A stretch of DNA of 64,000 nt from a virus. Its lineage: Duplodnaviria > Heunggongvirae > Uroviricota > Caudoviricetes. How positions within the stretch are numbered: position 1 is the first letter of the stretch; every line of letters begins with the position of its first letter. Of the stretch, positions 19,948 to 30,103 are shown one piece after another. The notes below the pieces were generated by a model, which did no database searches, was not told the DNA's origin, and saw only the letters and a list, made by a program, of their open reading frames with translations. The position numbers and the translations under genes are program-made. The stretch spans positions 13,395 through 77,394 of IMG/VR virus record IMGVR_UViG_3300029305_011610; one strand, 5' to 3'.

Positions 19948-20367
19948 TCAGTTCATTAAATTACCCCAACAGTAATCTACAAACTCGCTCCACCTATACC
20001 GAACCTGATCATACACATCGATCTTGATCGACCCGTCTCTAGCGTATTTTTGATATGCGATCCATTCGTAAAAGTCAACCCAGTCAAAGTTCTCATCATC
20101 AGTCACATCTAAACTAACACTTTCTCTTCGACCAACCCAAGGCGTCATAATTATTCGTCCGTCTACGTTGGTTATAACAAGCTCATACTCACACTTACTC
20201 CAGAAGTAATACTGAAGCTCCCTTCTCAGCCCCTCTGCAAACTCTTCTTTAGTTTCGGACTCCACGAATCTTTCCTTTGCATATCTTGTAAAGCCGCCAT
20301 GGTTAAAGATATTGAAGGATTCAAGCTGATTACGGTTAAAGTTATGATACCAAGCACTCCATTCCAT
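19948..20367 (-). CDS. Hypothetical protein
   Basis: 139-aa ORF. Confidence 0.5.
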   Translation of the reverse strand: MEWSAWYHNFNRNQLESFNIFNHGGFTRYAKERFVESETKEEFAEGLRRELQYYFWSKCEYELVITNVDGRIIMTPWVGRRESVSLDVTDDENFDWVDFYEWIAYQKYARDGSIKIDVYDQVRYRWSEFVDYCWGNLMN

Positions 20368-20500
20368 TACCGTCTCCTTCTCCTATTTTTTCTTGCTCAC
20401 TGCTACAAGCTACTACAACGTAGAAATTGTTTCTCTCCTTGCAAATCTGGTACGCATAATCTAGAGATGCATTTGATAATAGTATCATTTTACACCTCGC

Positions 20501-20959
20501 TCATATGGAACCATATACAGCAGAATAATCTGCATTCGTCCAGTCTAACGCCTGCCCGCATTTTTCGCATCTGTTAAGAGTATGGATACATAGGCGATTA
20601 TTAAATCTTAAGTCTATTAGACCAGCAACCCTTTCACCGCATACTGGACAACAAAAATACTTTTCACATACTCCGTTGTTGATTTTGGGAGACATGGGGT
20701 TATCGATGCAAAGACCCATTCTATTCGCAATCACTCCAGATAGCATTTCGTCATCTATAATTATCAGGGATAATGCTAAGACGATTGCAATAAACGAGAA
20801 TAATATCGACTTTAAAACCAGTTTTCCAAATGCCACCCATGAGAAAGAAAGGAAACCCATAGCTAGGCAAGAAAGAGCCGCAATAACCGACATAAAAATC
20901 AGAATTGAAATAAAACCGCCTATATAGAAGCCTGCAATAATTTTTATTTTGCTTTTCAT
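20501..20959 (-). CDS. Membrane protein with C-terminal zinc ribbon
   Basis: Two N-terminal TM helices. CCPVCGERV...CEKCGQAL. Confidence 0.5.
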   Translation of the reverse strand: MKSKIKIIAGFYIGGFISILIFMSVIAALSCLAMGFLSFSWVAFGKLVLKSILFSFIAIVLALSLIIIDDEMLSGVIANRMGLCIDNPMSPKINNGVCEKYFCCPVCGERVAGLIDLRFNNRLCIHTLNRCEKCGQALDWTNADYSAVYGSI

Positions 20960-20974
20960 AAAACCATCCTCCCG

Positions 20975-21244
20975 TTAGTATGGATCACTTTCCCACTCAG
21001 CTCCGCATTTATAGCATTTGTATTGGGTAACTGTCATGTATTCATGCTTGAACAAGCCAACTCTTACAAGCTTTCTAAACTCAAAGGATGAAATACCTCT
21101 TTTAAAACCGATAAGACCTTTCTTGATGGCTTCTGATGTTGGCATACATTCACCACAGCAAGGACATATATCGCATCCTAGTTTCGCAAACTCTTCTCTT
21201 TTTCGCTCTGCAGCCACTTGCTCTGCATTCTTAATTATCTTCAT
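20975..21244 (-). CDS. Zinc-ribbon protein
   Basis: CDICPCCGEC ... CYKCGAEW. Confidence 0.5.
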   Translation of the reverse strand: MKIIKNAEQVAAERKREEFAKLGCDICPCCGECMPTSEAIKKGLIGFKRGISSFEFRKLVRVGLFKHEYMTVTQYKCYKCGAEWESDPY

Positions 21245-21639
21245 AGATCATAACCACCTCATCTGCATAACCATGTTTCATCCAGTCGAATGAATCGTGC
21301 ATCCATTTTTCTTTACACTCTTCAAACTTATCGCATAATGGTTCTATTTCAGCGCATTCGTACCAATCAGAGCTCCCGAAGCAAAACAATCCCGCCATAT
21401 TATTCAAACCACCTCCGGTGTATCGCCAAGAGAACACCAATGCAAACTATAATACCGAAGGAAAAGAGCGTTGCAAGACCTAGCATTCGCAAGAACACCG
21501 CAAAGGTTCCAATTAACAGATTTGCGAATGAAATAAGCAGAGATACTTCGGTAAAGAGAATAAGTGCAGCAATCAAAGCACATATAGAATAAACTAATGT
21601 GTATTTTAATAGCTTTAAAACCATAGCACATCACCTGCT

Positions 21640-22014
21640 TTATGACGCATACGAGTATGTATACTCTTGTTTTTCTTTATTGCTCATATCAAAAACCGGA
21701 GATAATTTGCTCTCGTCATAATCATCGAATTTAATTTGCGCCGGGCAACTTTGCATCATGCCATCTTTATAATATTCGTACCATAAATCTTCAGTATCAT
21801 CACCATCTCCGTATAAAGTGAATAGGACACCAGGAAACTTCGTTGATAAGTAAGCCATATCTTCCTGGTGGTCATACCATTTAGCAACACCACACCAACT
21901 TCCGTAACAAGACTCTAATGAATTCATCTTTTCGATTTCAGCATCAATCTCATCCACCGTAAAAGGGGTTCCTTTGACATCGTATGTTAAGTCAAAACTC
22001 GTATAGTAACCCAT
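21640..22014 (-). CDS. Hypothetical protein
   Basis: 124-aa ORF. Confidence 0.5.
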   Translation of the reverse strand: MGYYTSFDLTYDVKGTPFTVDEIDAEIEKMNSLESCYGSWCGVAKWYDHQEDMAYLSTKFPGVLFTLYGDGDDTEDLWYEYYKDGMMQSCPAQIKFDDYDESKLSPVFDMSNKEKQEYTYSYAS

Positions 22015-22034
22015 AATCTCCCCCTGCTCTGTTT

Positions 22035-22424
22035 TTATAACTTAATGTATTTCTGACCATAGATATCGTCAACTCTAAATGTCGGAAGTGTGCGTGTTTC
22101 TGGGTTTAGCTCACTCGCAGCCTTATCAGTGAGATCTCTTGCAATTCCGGTTCCATCAATCCGTAACTTATGATGTTGTTTTACCCACTTCTCGTATTCA
22201 AGCCCTCCGATTTTGCCACAAATACGACAGTATTTACCAAACCATTCCCTAGGTTGAGGTTGAAAGCCATGAGCGTCATCAAGACGCAAACCATCGTACT
22301 CGAAAATGCAGTCGGCAAACTCATGTTTGTGATTTGCTTTCTTAGGTGTGCGCTTCTTGGACTTTTTCTTATATGGGGCTGTTTTGTCGTCATAGACAAT
22401 ATTATTAACTATCTTATTCTTCAT
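22035..22424 (-). CDS. Hypothetical protein
   Basis: 129-aa ORF with a basic N-terminus. Confidence 0.5.
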   Translation of the reverse strand: MKNKIVNNIVYDDKTAPYKKKSKKRTPKKANHKHEFADCIFEYDGLRLDDAHGFQPQPREWFGKYCRICGKIGGLEYEKWVKQHHKLRIDGTGIARDLTDKAASELNPETRTLPTFRVDDIYGQKYIKL

Positions 22425-22441
22425 AAAACCAGCCTTTCATG

Positions 22442-23533
22442 CTATTTTAAATTAAAACAGCCATCAAACATCTCATCTGTATAAAGCACTTTACTCATAT
22501 TCAATCCTGAAATATCAACTCGGCTGAGCTTGCTGCATCCCTTAAACATCCTTGCAGTGTTGTCGGGAGTTGCCGTCCAACAGCCAGTATCAATATCTGT
22601 CAAACTACTACACCCATGAAATGTCTCAGAAAACGCATAGTAGCTAGCATTTGATACGTCCCACGTTTCAAGTCCAATGATTCGCTCTAAGCTTGAGCAA
22701 TACTCAAACATCTGGCTAAACTGCCTACACGTTCCTGTGTCTAGTCCCGACACATCCACAGAAGTAAGAGACCTACAGTCATTCAGAAGTGCATCAAACG
22801 ACTCGACAGAAGTCGTTTGCCATTTTGAAAAGTCTATGTATTTCAACCCATAGCAGTCTGCGAACATATGAGAAAAGGTTTCCACATTTGAAACATCCCA
22901 GTTCTCGACTGGAAAATGTTCTACTTGAGCACATCCGTAAAACATATGACTCATGTTCTCTGCCGAAGAGGTGTTCCATTCACCAACATCGATACGCTTT
23001 AATGCTATATCTCCGGAATTATTATTTCCTTGAAACATAGCTGCGAATGTTTTCACGCTTGAAACGTCCCATTGTTCAATGCCGCTAATCTCATCTAGTT
23101 TCGTGAATGCAAACATCATCTTCATATCTTCAACGTAAGATGTGTCCAACAATTCAAGCCCAGAAATGAACGTCAGACTGGACCACAACGGATCTCCATA
23201 ACTGTTGCATGCTGCAAACATATACGAACATCTTGGATTTGCAAAAAAGAAGTCACCAATAATGGCGACTTCCTTACCTATTCTATATCCTTTTATCGTT
23301 CCACTATTCGCTTCATCAGCATTCCACGTTTCATCAAAGCTTTCTGGATGGGTATGACCAAATGTAATAGATGTGATTTCAGACATATCCATTGAGCCTT
23401 GGTAGAAGCCGAAGGACTCGCATAGCATATACTCCTTAGGATCAACGACATTTTCATATTGAACGGTTTCTTGCTCCGGGCGTTGACCACCAGAAAGTAG
23501 CGATACCAAAAACAAAACCATTGCAATGCACAT
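22442..23533 (-). CDS. Secreted DUF285/BspA-type repeat protein (Mycoplasma-type 26-residue leucine-rich repeats)
   Basis: N-terminal signal-like MCIAMVLFLVSLLSGG. Repeats of W(D/N)VSNV(E/T)xFSHMFxxCxSLxxID. A 330-bp promoter-like non-coding region lies upstream. Confidence 0.7.
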   Translation of the reverse strand: MCIAMVLFLVSLLSGGQRPEQETVQYENVVDPKEYMLCESFGFYQGSMDMSEITSITFGHTHPESFDETWNADEANSGTIKGYRIGKEVAIIGDFFFANPRCSYMFAACNSYGDPLWSSLTFISGLELLDTSYVEDMKMMFAFTKLDEISGIEQWDVSSVKTFAAMFQGNNNSGDIALKRIDVGEWNTSSAENMSHMFYGCAQVEHFPVENWDVSNVETFSHMFADCYGLKYIDFSKWQTTSVESFDALLNDCRSLTSVDVSGLDTGTCRQFSQMFEYCSSLERIIGLETWDVSNASYYAFSETFHGCSSLTDIDTGCWTATPDNTARMFKGCSKLSRVDISGLNMSKVLYTDEMFDGCFNLK

Positions 23534-23868
23534 AAATTGTTTTAGACAATTATATATGTTCCAAGCATCTCACCTACCAAACTCTATTTTTATACTTGTT
23601 CTTTATGAACAGTTATTCCAAAAACACGATAATGTATTTCATCTACTCTATGGATACTCGTATGATTAACTAGCCATTGAAATCTTGAATTAATCATTTT
23701 TTTATATAGCCACATAATTACCTCTTAAAATTCGTACTTGATTAATTCTCCCTAACAGCGTACACGCCCTTACAGCGGTGGGTGTTGCCCATTTCTGGTC
23801 TCAGGGTTACTGGTTTGGAGAATGCCTACTACTAACCCTTTTTCGGCTAAACACATACTTGGTTAAAA

Positions 23869-24225
23869 CTAATATTTTTTTACTCGTACCTGTAATCCGT
23901 GATCTAACGCTGTCTTAATCATATGTTCTGTCCCATGGCTTTCTCCGTCCCAAAATGCAACAAGGGCATCTGCTTCTCTTGCCATCTGGGTGTTTCTAAT
24001 ATACCCGGCACCTCTACCATACACTTCCCATTCAGCGGGAAATTGCTGTATGCTATATCCTCTCTCAAGAGCATATCTTTCACCTAAAAGGTCAGCTCCT
24101 CTAGCGCCACCAGAAATCACAAAAATCTCATCGCTTTTCTTGTTAGAAAGAATGTGATCCAAATAATCCTTCATCATCTGGTAGTCATTAAAGTCTCTAC
24201 CGCCTGCGATTATTACTTTAAACAC
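23869..24225 (-). CDS. DUF2493 (SLOG/YpsA-like) Rossmann-fold protein
   Basis: GGARGADLLGERYALERG...FPAEWEVYGRGAGYIRNTQMAREADALVAFWDGES matches the DUF2493 signature. Confidence 0.7.
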   Translation of the reverse strand: MFKVIIAGGRDFNDYQMMKDYLDHILSNKKSDEIFVISGGARGADLLGERYALERGYSIQQFPAEWEVYGRGAGYIRNTQMAREADALVAFWDGESHGTEHMIKTALDHGLQVRVKKY

Positions 24226-24439
24226 AATACCTTTCTCCTCGAATTATGCACACATTTGCTCGGTCATTTATGAAGACTTCTCCAGAACTGTAACCTACAG
24301 CAGGCATAATGCTTGTAGTCGCACCATCTTTATTTTTAATAAGATCGTTTTTTTCTACCAATATAGAAACGCTGTTATTATCATCGTCAAAAGTGATTAC
24401 TGCCATATTTCACCTCGTTATAGAATTCGACTTTTATTC

Positions 24440-24766
24440 TCAATATTCAAGACCAAACCGTTCCTTGATATCACTGACTGCTGCAGCTCTCATCCCCATA
24501 TGCTCACATTCGAGAGAGTCTAGCAAATATTCAATGATTTCATCCTTAACGCAGCCGTACCCATCCTGGATTAAAGCAGACACGTCATCCACTAAATCTG
24601 AGTATGTGCATCCGTATATAGGAGTGTTATTATCGTCCGGTCTATCTTCGTCTGGAATTACGATATTGTGTCTCTCCAGAAGATCTTCGAAAACATCAAT
24701 AATACTAACTGCAACTCGATTCATCATAAGCACTCCCTTAAAATCCATCGACCCTACATGTCGCAA
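24440..24766 (-). CDS. Hypothetical protein
   Basis: 108-aa acidic ORF. Confidence 0.45.
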   Translation of the reverse strand: MRHVGSMDFKGVLMMNRVAVSIIDVFEDLLERHNIVIPDEDRPDDNNTPIYGCTYSDLVDDVSALIQDGYGCVKDEIIEYLLDSLECEHMGMRAAAVSDIKERFGLEY

Positions 24767-25142
24767 TTCTTACATTCCATCCTAACGTCTTGGTGACATA
24801 TCGATGGAACGCATCCCATTCTCTCTCTGTTTGTCTTCTGCTGCGGTCCCTCAAATCTCCCTGCACAGTAATAACTGCGCGAGACTGATATTCTCCACTC
24901 TTGCATCTGTATCCCTCTGGGGCGTTGCATTCAAAATCGTCGTTGTGATCACAACGACCGCAGTCACAGCTGACCCAAATATTGCAACCAGGTTCTGGAT
25001 TAACAAATACCGCAGCGTCTTTTTCTGATCCGGTTATACTTGGAGCGCCTTTAAGAGCTTCTTCTACATACAACTTAATATCGTCGACATGCTCATAAGT
25101 ATCGACATGCATTACGCCAACAATGTGCGTCCATAAACTCAT
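24738..25142 (-). CDS. Cysteine-rich hypothetical protein
   Basis: VSCDCGRCDHNDDFECNAPEGYRCKSG. Confidence 0.45.
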   Translation of the reverse strand: MSLWTHIVGVMHVDTYEHVDDIKLYVEEALKGAPSITGSEKDAAVFVNPEPGCNIWVSCDCGRCDHNDDFECNAPEGYRCKSGEYQSRAVITVQGDLRDRSRRQTEREWDAFHRYVTKTLGWNVRIATCRVDGF

Positions 25143-25173
25143 TATCCCACCTCAACCAAATCAGACTTTCATA

Positions 25174-25584
25174 TCAATGTGAACTCATATACGATTTGAG
25201 CAATTCCAAAATCTGAATTTCTGGTATAAAGAACCACTTCAGCAGTTTGGAACAAAAGACCGCACACACTATAAAGGCAACAATAAATACGATACATGAA
25301 ACAATTGATGCTATAATTCCAAAATCACTCATATAGCTGCCAGAACAAAACAGTGACTCACGCTTATGCCCGTAATCCTTTGCTATCGTAAGCAATAGTT
25401 TCAAGCAAATAGTCATTATAGAAATGCATAGAACCATCACTACAATGCTTGATACTATTTCATAATGACTATATCTTGTTAGCGCATCCAGTACTTGCGG
25501 CCATACGTTATCTGATGTCCAATCAATCGCGATACCCAGCTTATCGCTTATGTATTCTAAAATTTCAATAACTTCTTTACTCAT
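25174..25584 (-). CDS. Membrane protein (2–3 TM)
   Basis: Hydrophobic segments IVVMVLCISIMTICLKLLL and IIASIVSCIVFIVAFIVCAVF. Confidence 0.45.
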   Translation of the reverse strand: MSKEVIEILEYISDKLGIAIDWTSDNVWPQVLDALTRYSHYEIVSSIVVMVLCISIMTICLKLLLTIAKDYGHKRESLFCSGSYMSDFGIIASIVSCIVFIVAFIVCAVFCSKLLKWFFIPEIQILELLKSYMSSH

Positions 25585-26279
25585 TCATTCTCCCTATAAA
25601 CAATAAGGCGTGAATATATACGATCCACCTTACGAGAAAGCTCTTTCCCTAAATATGAAACCTTAGTTTTATTCCACACTCTCATATTGGGGTCGATTCC
25701 ATATCCGTAGATTACGGAGTAATGACTCCCTTTATACGAGAACTTCATGATATAAATTGAATCCCCGATATGCTTCACATGGATCTTCACACCGCCAATC
25801 TCAAACCTTGACGACTTATGCGCATTATCATCAAAACGAGTTCCCCATACCTTTAGAACTCTCTGTTTATCCACGCAGAAAACTACATGCGTTTTATAAA
25901 AGGCTATCGTAAATTGTTCGTCACCAACATATGCAAAATAATTGCCATCGATATGGTTATTGTTTAGCGTATTCCCTTTACAATCAGCGATAAACTGCTT
26001 ATAAGGTCCATACTCATCGTTTACTTCTTTAACAATCGCTCTAGGACAATCCGGGCAATTGGAAATTACATATGAATCAATGTCATGAAAACAATCACAA
26101 TCTTCGTATCTAATTCTTTCACGATCGGTCCAACCAACAGCTCTCTTCATGTCCATGAAGAACATGTTCTCATTTACGATAACGCCGTCTTTAATAACAA
26201 CAACGCCATAATCAATCATCGCCATGGGCTTCCTCCTAAAGTTAATCACTCTACTCATTAGATGCAAACCGTAAATCAA
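25581..26279 (-). CDS. Hypothetical protein
   Basis: 232-aa ORF. Confidence 0.5.
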   Translation of the reverse strand: MIYGLHLMSRVINFRRKPMAMIDYGVVVIKDGVIVNENMFFMDMKRAVGWTDRERIRYEDCDCFHDIDSYVISNCPDCPRAIVKEVNDEYGPYKQFIADCKGNTLNNNHIDGNYFAYVGDEQFTIAFYKTHVVFCVDKQRVLKVWGTRFDDNAHKSSRFEIGGVKIHVKHIGDSIYIMKFSYKGSHYSVIYGYGIDPNMRVWNKTKVSYLGKELSRKVDRIYSRLIVYRENE

Positions 26280-26653
26280 TTGAACAAAGACACAATATCG
26301 ATTTCGCTTTCTTCAAACTCTTCAGCAAACACGTACAAATCCCTACACGGGACTATATGGTATCTGGTTCTGTTACGTTTATTTTTAACTTCGCTATCGC
26401 TTGTATACCATAGTTCATTGCTTGTTTTATCGCAAGTTAATGCATGCATGCTGCCTTCACAATCATACGCATCCTCAAAAACATACTCGCGAGTCCAATA
26501 TTTAGCTAATCGCGGGTCTACCGACTCTCTGTAAGCCTCCACAAAGTCTGCCATTTCATCCGCGCTATCAAATGTGATAATGCAATATGATTCGCCATTC
26601 TTTATTCTTTTAAGATGATCTTCCCCTAGAAGATTCAGATCGATTTCGTGCAT
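26276..26653 (-). CDS. Small paralog family A member
   Basis: Similar to the 29688..30098 product (DxxLxGxxxxxxIxNGxSxxIxxFxxxxEMxxFVxxYRExxDxxLxxYW; SNELW). Confidence 0.5.
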   Translation of the reverse strand: MHEIDLNLLGEDHLKRIKNGESYCIITFDSADEMADFVEAYRESVDPRLAKYWTREYVFEDAYDCEGSMHALTCDKTSNELWYTSDSEVKNKRNRTRYHIVPCRDLYVFAEEFEESEIDIVSLFN

Positions 26654-26733
26654 ATACTCACCGCCTTATTATCCTATAAATAAAGCCAACATCAGTAGCA
26701 CTCCGATGATAGCCGCGCATTTTTGTTCTTTCG

Positions 26734-27435
26734 TCACACTCCAACCTCATTCTGATTCTTGTTGAGCTTACTCCAATTATACCAACCGTACAGACAGTTG
26801 ATTGTCCATGCTACATACATTGCAACCATAGACCAGTTGCCGGCAACAAACCAGAGCTTAATACACAGTAAGTCGATGAAAAGCCACCAGATCCACTGTT
26901 CTCTATAACGCCAAACCATCAGCAGTTGTGCGATAATTGCCATTACATTTGTGGCAGCATCTGTATACGCTTGAGCACTATCGAAATAATCAAGCGCTTT
27001 ACCCATAATCGCAGTTGCGATAACGGTCAGAACAAGAGAAACGGCCCACTGTGTAGCAGTAAATTTCTTAGCCGCTACGTCGGATGAGCCGTCTTCATTC
27101 TGTACCATATTCTTTTTCCATACGAAAATGCCCCAAATCATTGTTACGAAATAAAACAGATTCTCAAGAACTTCTCCGTAAAATCGGTTTTCCCATGCAA
27201 GATATAAATATGTAAATGTCTGGATAAACCCGATAAAATACGCAGACAGTTTCCCCTTTGCAAATAGAACTACGGAGATAACGCCTGCAATACCTGCAAC
27301 AATATTTACCCATGTATCAGGTGTGATACAGAATACAATAATCTGCAGCGTAACCATCGCCGTCAGGAAGATTCTTTCATACCAACTGTAGCCAGTCCAA
27401 AACTCATTTACGAGAGTATTTTTAATCTTGTTCAT
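26734..27435 (-). CDS. pnuC: Nicotinamide riboside transporter PnuC-like
   Basis: Seven predicted TM helices with Trp-rich PnuC-like segments (WENRFYGEVLENLFY..., WYNWSK). Confidence 0.7.
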   Translation of the reverse strand: MNKIKNTLVNEFWTGYSWYERIFLTAMVTLQIIVFCITPDTWVNIVAGIAGVISVVLFAKGKLSAYFIGFIQTFTYLYLAWENRFYGEVLENLFYFVTMIWGIFVWKKNMVQNEDGSSDVAAKKFTATQWAVSLVLTVIATAIMGKALDYFDSAQAYTDAATNVMAIIAQLLMVWRYREQWIWWLFIDLLCIKLWFVAGNWSMVAMYVAWTINCLYGWYNWSKLNKNQNEVGV

Positions 27436-28556
27436 CGTCCAATCACCTCATTGACATAGTTAACAACGGCCAAGAAATTGCCGTAATATCCTTCTCTTAA
27501 AACTGTAACCTTATCCCAGTTACCTGATGCCTTGATATTGTTGCACAGAATCTCAAACAACTCCTGTCGTTCTTCCATTCCAGAATGATTCATAAACCTC
27601 ATATGATCGTCTACAAAAACTCCGTTTGGTGCAACCAAAAATATCTTATCCCATCTACATTTTCGAGTGAGTTCATCAGCCATAACAGCTACCTTCTCAA
27701 ACTCTTCTTGAGTTAGTTCGCAATCTTTATCCTTGGCATAGTATTCTGCGTACATACGAGTAACCATCGAGTCAGAATCAGCAAAGAACAAGCCGTGGTT
27801 GGCAGGAGAATTGATAAGCTTTTTGTTGAGATTATATTGACCTTCTAAGAACGCCATGTAGTCAGCACCGTCCAGTTCCCAGTCACTCACACAGCTCTCT
27901 TTCATATAATCTCTCGCGTACTCCCAGCTGTAAGGAGCATTAAAGTATTTACCAAGGTCTCTTGTTAACACGGTTTTGCCCTCTGAAGCAGTGCCTGCAA
28001 TCAGAATATTATGGCTGAAAACTCTTCTGAAAGGAAAAGTAATCTTATCCCAATTCTTAATCGGATTCTGGCGAATCGCTGTAGCACAGATCGGGTTAGT
28101 CGCAACACGATCTACCAGTATAGCTTCTTCACCACGAATCGTTAATCCTTCGCTATACTCTGCATCACCAACATACCACCGGCGAGACGCTTGTCCACAA
28201 ACACCTTTATCCCAGATGCGCTTTGCTTCATTAAGCCATGCTTCCCAGCCATTTGGGTATGTTTCAATTCCAAGCTCCGTGTCGTTAATTGCATACACGG
28301 CAACCAGATCATCGTCAGCAAAGAACTCTCGCACATATCTGTATCGTTTGGAGTGCGGCATTAGCGGCTCTCCTTTATCTCCATCGTAACCGCACACAAT
28401 TACAAGTGCGCCACCGTCATTTTCCTTCTTAGCCCTCATAATCAAGTCAAGATGCCCTTGATGCAGAGGGGCAAAAGAACCAAAAACAACCCCTACGGAA
28501 TTTCCGCAAAGGGGTTTCTGATAAGCATGTAACATTTTTACTTCTCCTTTTCCCAA
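27432..28556 (-). CDS. nadR: NadR-like bifunctional NMN adenylyltransferase / ribosylnicotinamide kinase
   Basis: N-terminal GSFAPLHQGH (HxGH nucleotidyltransferase motif) and central P-loop IAGTASEGKT. Gene is adjacent to pnuC. Confidence 0.75.
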   Translation of the reverse strand: MGKGEVKMLHAYQKPLCGNSVGVVFGSFAPLHQGHLDLIMRAKKENDGGALVIVCGYDGDKGEPLMPHSKRYRYVREFFADDDLVAVYAINDTELGIETYPNGWEAWLNEAKRIWDKGVCGQASRRWYVGDAEYSEGLTIRGEEAILVDRVATNPICATAIRQNPIKNWDKITFPFRRVFSHNILIAGTASEGKTVLTRDLGKYFNAPYSWEYARDYMKESCVSDWELDGADYMAFLEGQYNLNKKLINSPANHGLFFADSDSMVTRMYAEYYAKDKDCELTQEEFEKVAVMADELTRKCRWDKIFLVAPNGVFVDDHMRFMNHSGMEERQELFEILCNNIKASGNWDKVTVLREGYYGNFLAVVNYVNEVIGR

Positions 28557-29002
28557 GAATACACAAGGAACTCAGACCATCGTTCATCCTCTTCTTTAGA
28601 TGGACGCTGGAACTTGCTCCACAGTCTATCCATTTCTTTATCTGGAATTTGTCTACGCCGCATTCGATTATTCTCCTTACATACCTCAATTGGCGTATCA
28701 ATAAAAATCAGAGTATACTTCTCAAAATGTGGAAACCAGTCAAGAAGCTGAACTCTATCCACCAGCGTCGGAGAATTGGAATCAAGAATAACATTCTTCC
28801 CGGACTGTTCTGCAGTATGTATCGCTCTAAACAGAGCCATCCAAACTTCAAATTTATTCTCATGGATGCATTCATCCCCGTTTAACAGTGCATAGAAATC
28901 ATCTGGACATAAGTACAGGTAATTGTTTTCTACCGCATAGTTCTTTGCAAACTTCGTTTTACCGCTTCCACACATACCGCACATTACTACCAGATTGCCC
29001 AT
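28538..29002 (-). CDS. P-loop kinase (AAA_33/PNK-like)
   Basis: Walker A GMCGSGKT at the N-terminus and a DxxR-like lid. 154 aa. Confidence 0.6.
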   Translation of the reverse strand: MGNLVVMCGMCGSGKTKFAKNYAVENNYLYLCPDDFYALLNGDECIHENKFEVWMALFRAIHTAEQSGKNVILDSNSPTLVDRVQLLDWFPHFEKYTLIFIDTPIEVCKENNRMRRRQIPDKEMDRLWSKFQRPSKEEDERWSEFLVYSWEKEK

Positions 29003-29005
29003 TTT

Positions 29006-29338
29006 TCACACCACCTTAAATAAATCACCGATAGGTATATCGCTTTCAAAAATTGGTTCTGCTCTTATTAAATCAGAAAAATTTATCAACTCATATTCAT
29101 GCTCAATATAATAATCCTCTTTCATGTACTGCATTGACCCCCTATGAAACGATACAGCGAATCTGATAGGTTGCACCATATTATACCGTAACTCTAAGTC
29201 CCCATCATTCCAGAGAATAACCAACTCTGGCCGGCACTTTTTTGCCTCATGAAGTAGAGCGATCGCATCTTCAAGATTATTGAAAACAATAGCTTTCCGT
29301 TTACGTATAAGCTTATTAAAATCAATTTCAAGTTCCAT
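29006..29338 (-). CDS. Small paralog family A member
   Basis: Close paralog of 29341..29697 (AIVF..ED..RRFAVSF..GFMQYM.EDYY...I.F..L...EPI.ESD...DLFKV). Confidence 0.5.
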   Translation of the reverse strand: MELEIDFNKLIRKRKAIVFNNLEDAIALLHEAKKCRPELVILWNDGDLELRYNMVQPIRFAVSFHRGSMQYMKEDYYIEHEYELINFSDLIRAEPIFESDIPIGDLFKVV

Positions 29339-29340
29339 TT

Positions 29341-29697
29341 TTACATCACCTTAAATAAATCGCTAAAAAGCATATCACTTTCGAGGATTGGCTCGATGTT
29401 TGCTAAGCTAGCAAACTCAATTATTCGGAAACCCTCTTTATAATAATAATCTTCTGTCATGTACTGCATGAATCCGGCTTCGAATGAGACTGCAAACCTC
29501 CGAGGTTGCGTGCTTTTATAGCGACTTTCTATCGCTCTGTCACTTTCCCAAAGATCGACTATACGATTATTATAAGCTCTAGCCGCATTAACAAACGTCT
29601 TTGCATCTTCAACAACATCAAAAACAATCGCTACTTTCTTGTGGAGAAAGTCCTCAAAATTAATTTCAAGACTCATTTTACGCCTCCTCAAACACAA
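29341..29697 (-). CDS. Small paralog family A member
   Basis: See 29006..29338. Confidence 0.5.
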   Translation of the reverse strand: MCLRRRKMSLEINFEDFLHKKVAIVFDVVEDAKTFVNAARAYNNRIVDLWESDRAIESRYKSTQPRRFAVSFEAGFMQYMTEDYYYKEGFRIIEFASLANIEPILESDMLFSDLFKVM

Positions 29698-30098
29698 AAC
29701 AGAGATTTGATAGGCAGAGAACTTTCATTGAAGTCGTCACTCTCTGAAACAATCAAGTTTTTAAAATAAACTACATGATACTTCTTCTCTGTTTTTTTAA
29801 GCACTCTTGCCGAAAATTGGTCATGACTTTGGATCCATAACTCATTGGATCCTTTATCAATTCTTAGCGCCCTTTTACCAGCTCTAAACGCATGTTTAGC
29901 AAAGCCTATCTTCCAATAATCAGATAGATTTTTATCGAAAACTTCTCTATACGAAACAACAAAGTTAACCATCTCTTCTTCGGTCTCAAAAACTACAATA
30001 GTATTTGATTTACCATTCTCGATGTCTTGAATGACATGATCACCCATAAGCGAAAAATCAACATTTTTATACACATAGTTAGTCATTTGAAACACCAC
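29688..30098 (-). CDS. Small paralog family A member
   Basis: Paralog of 26276..26653. Confidence 0.5.
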   Translation of the reverse strand: MVFQMTNYVYKNVDFSLMGDHVIQDIENGKSNTIVVFETEEEMVNFVVSYREVFDKNLSDYWKIGFAKHAFRAGKRALRIDKGSNELWIQSHDQFSARVLKKTEKKYHVVYFKNLIVSESDDFNESSLPIKSLFCV

Positions 30099-30103
30099 CA
30101 GTC

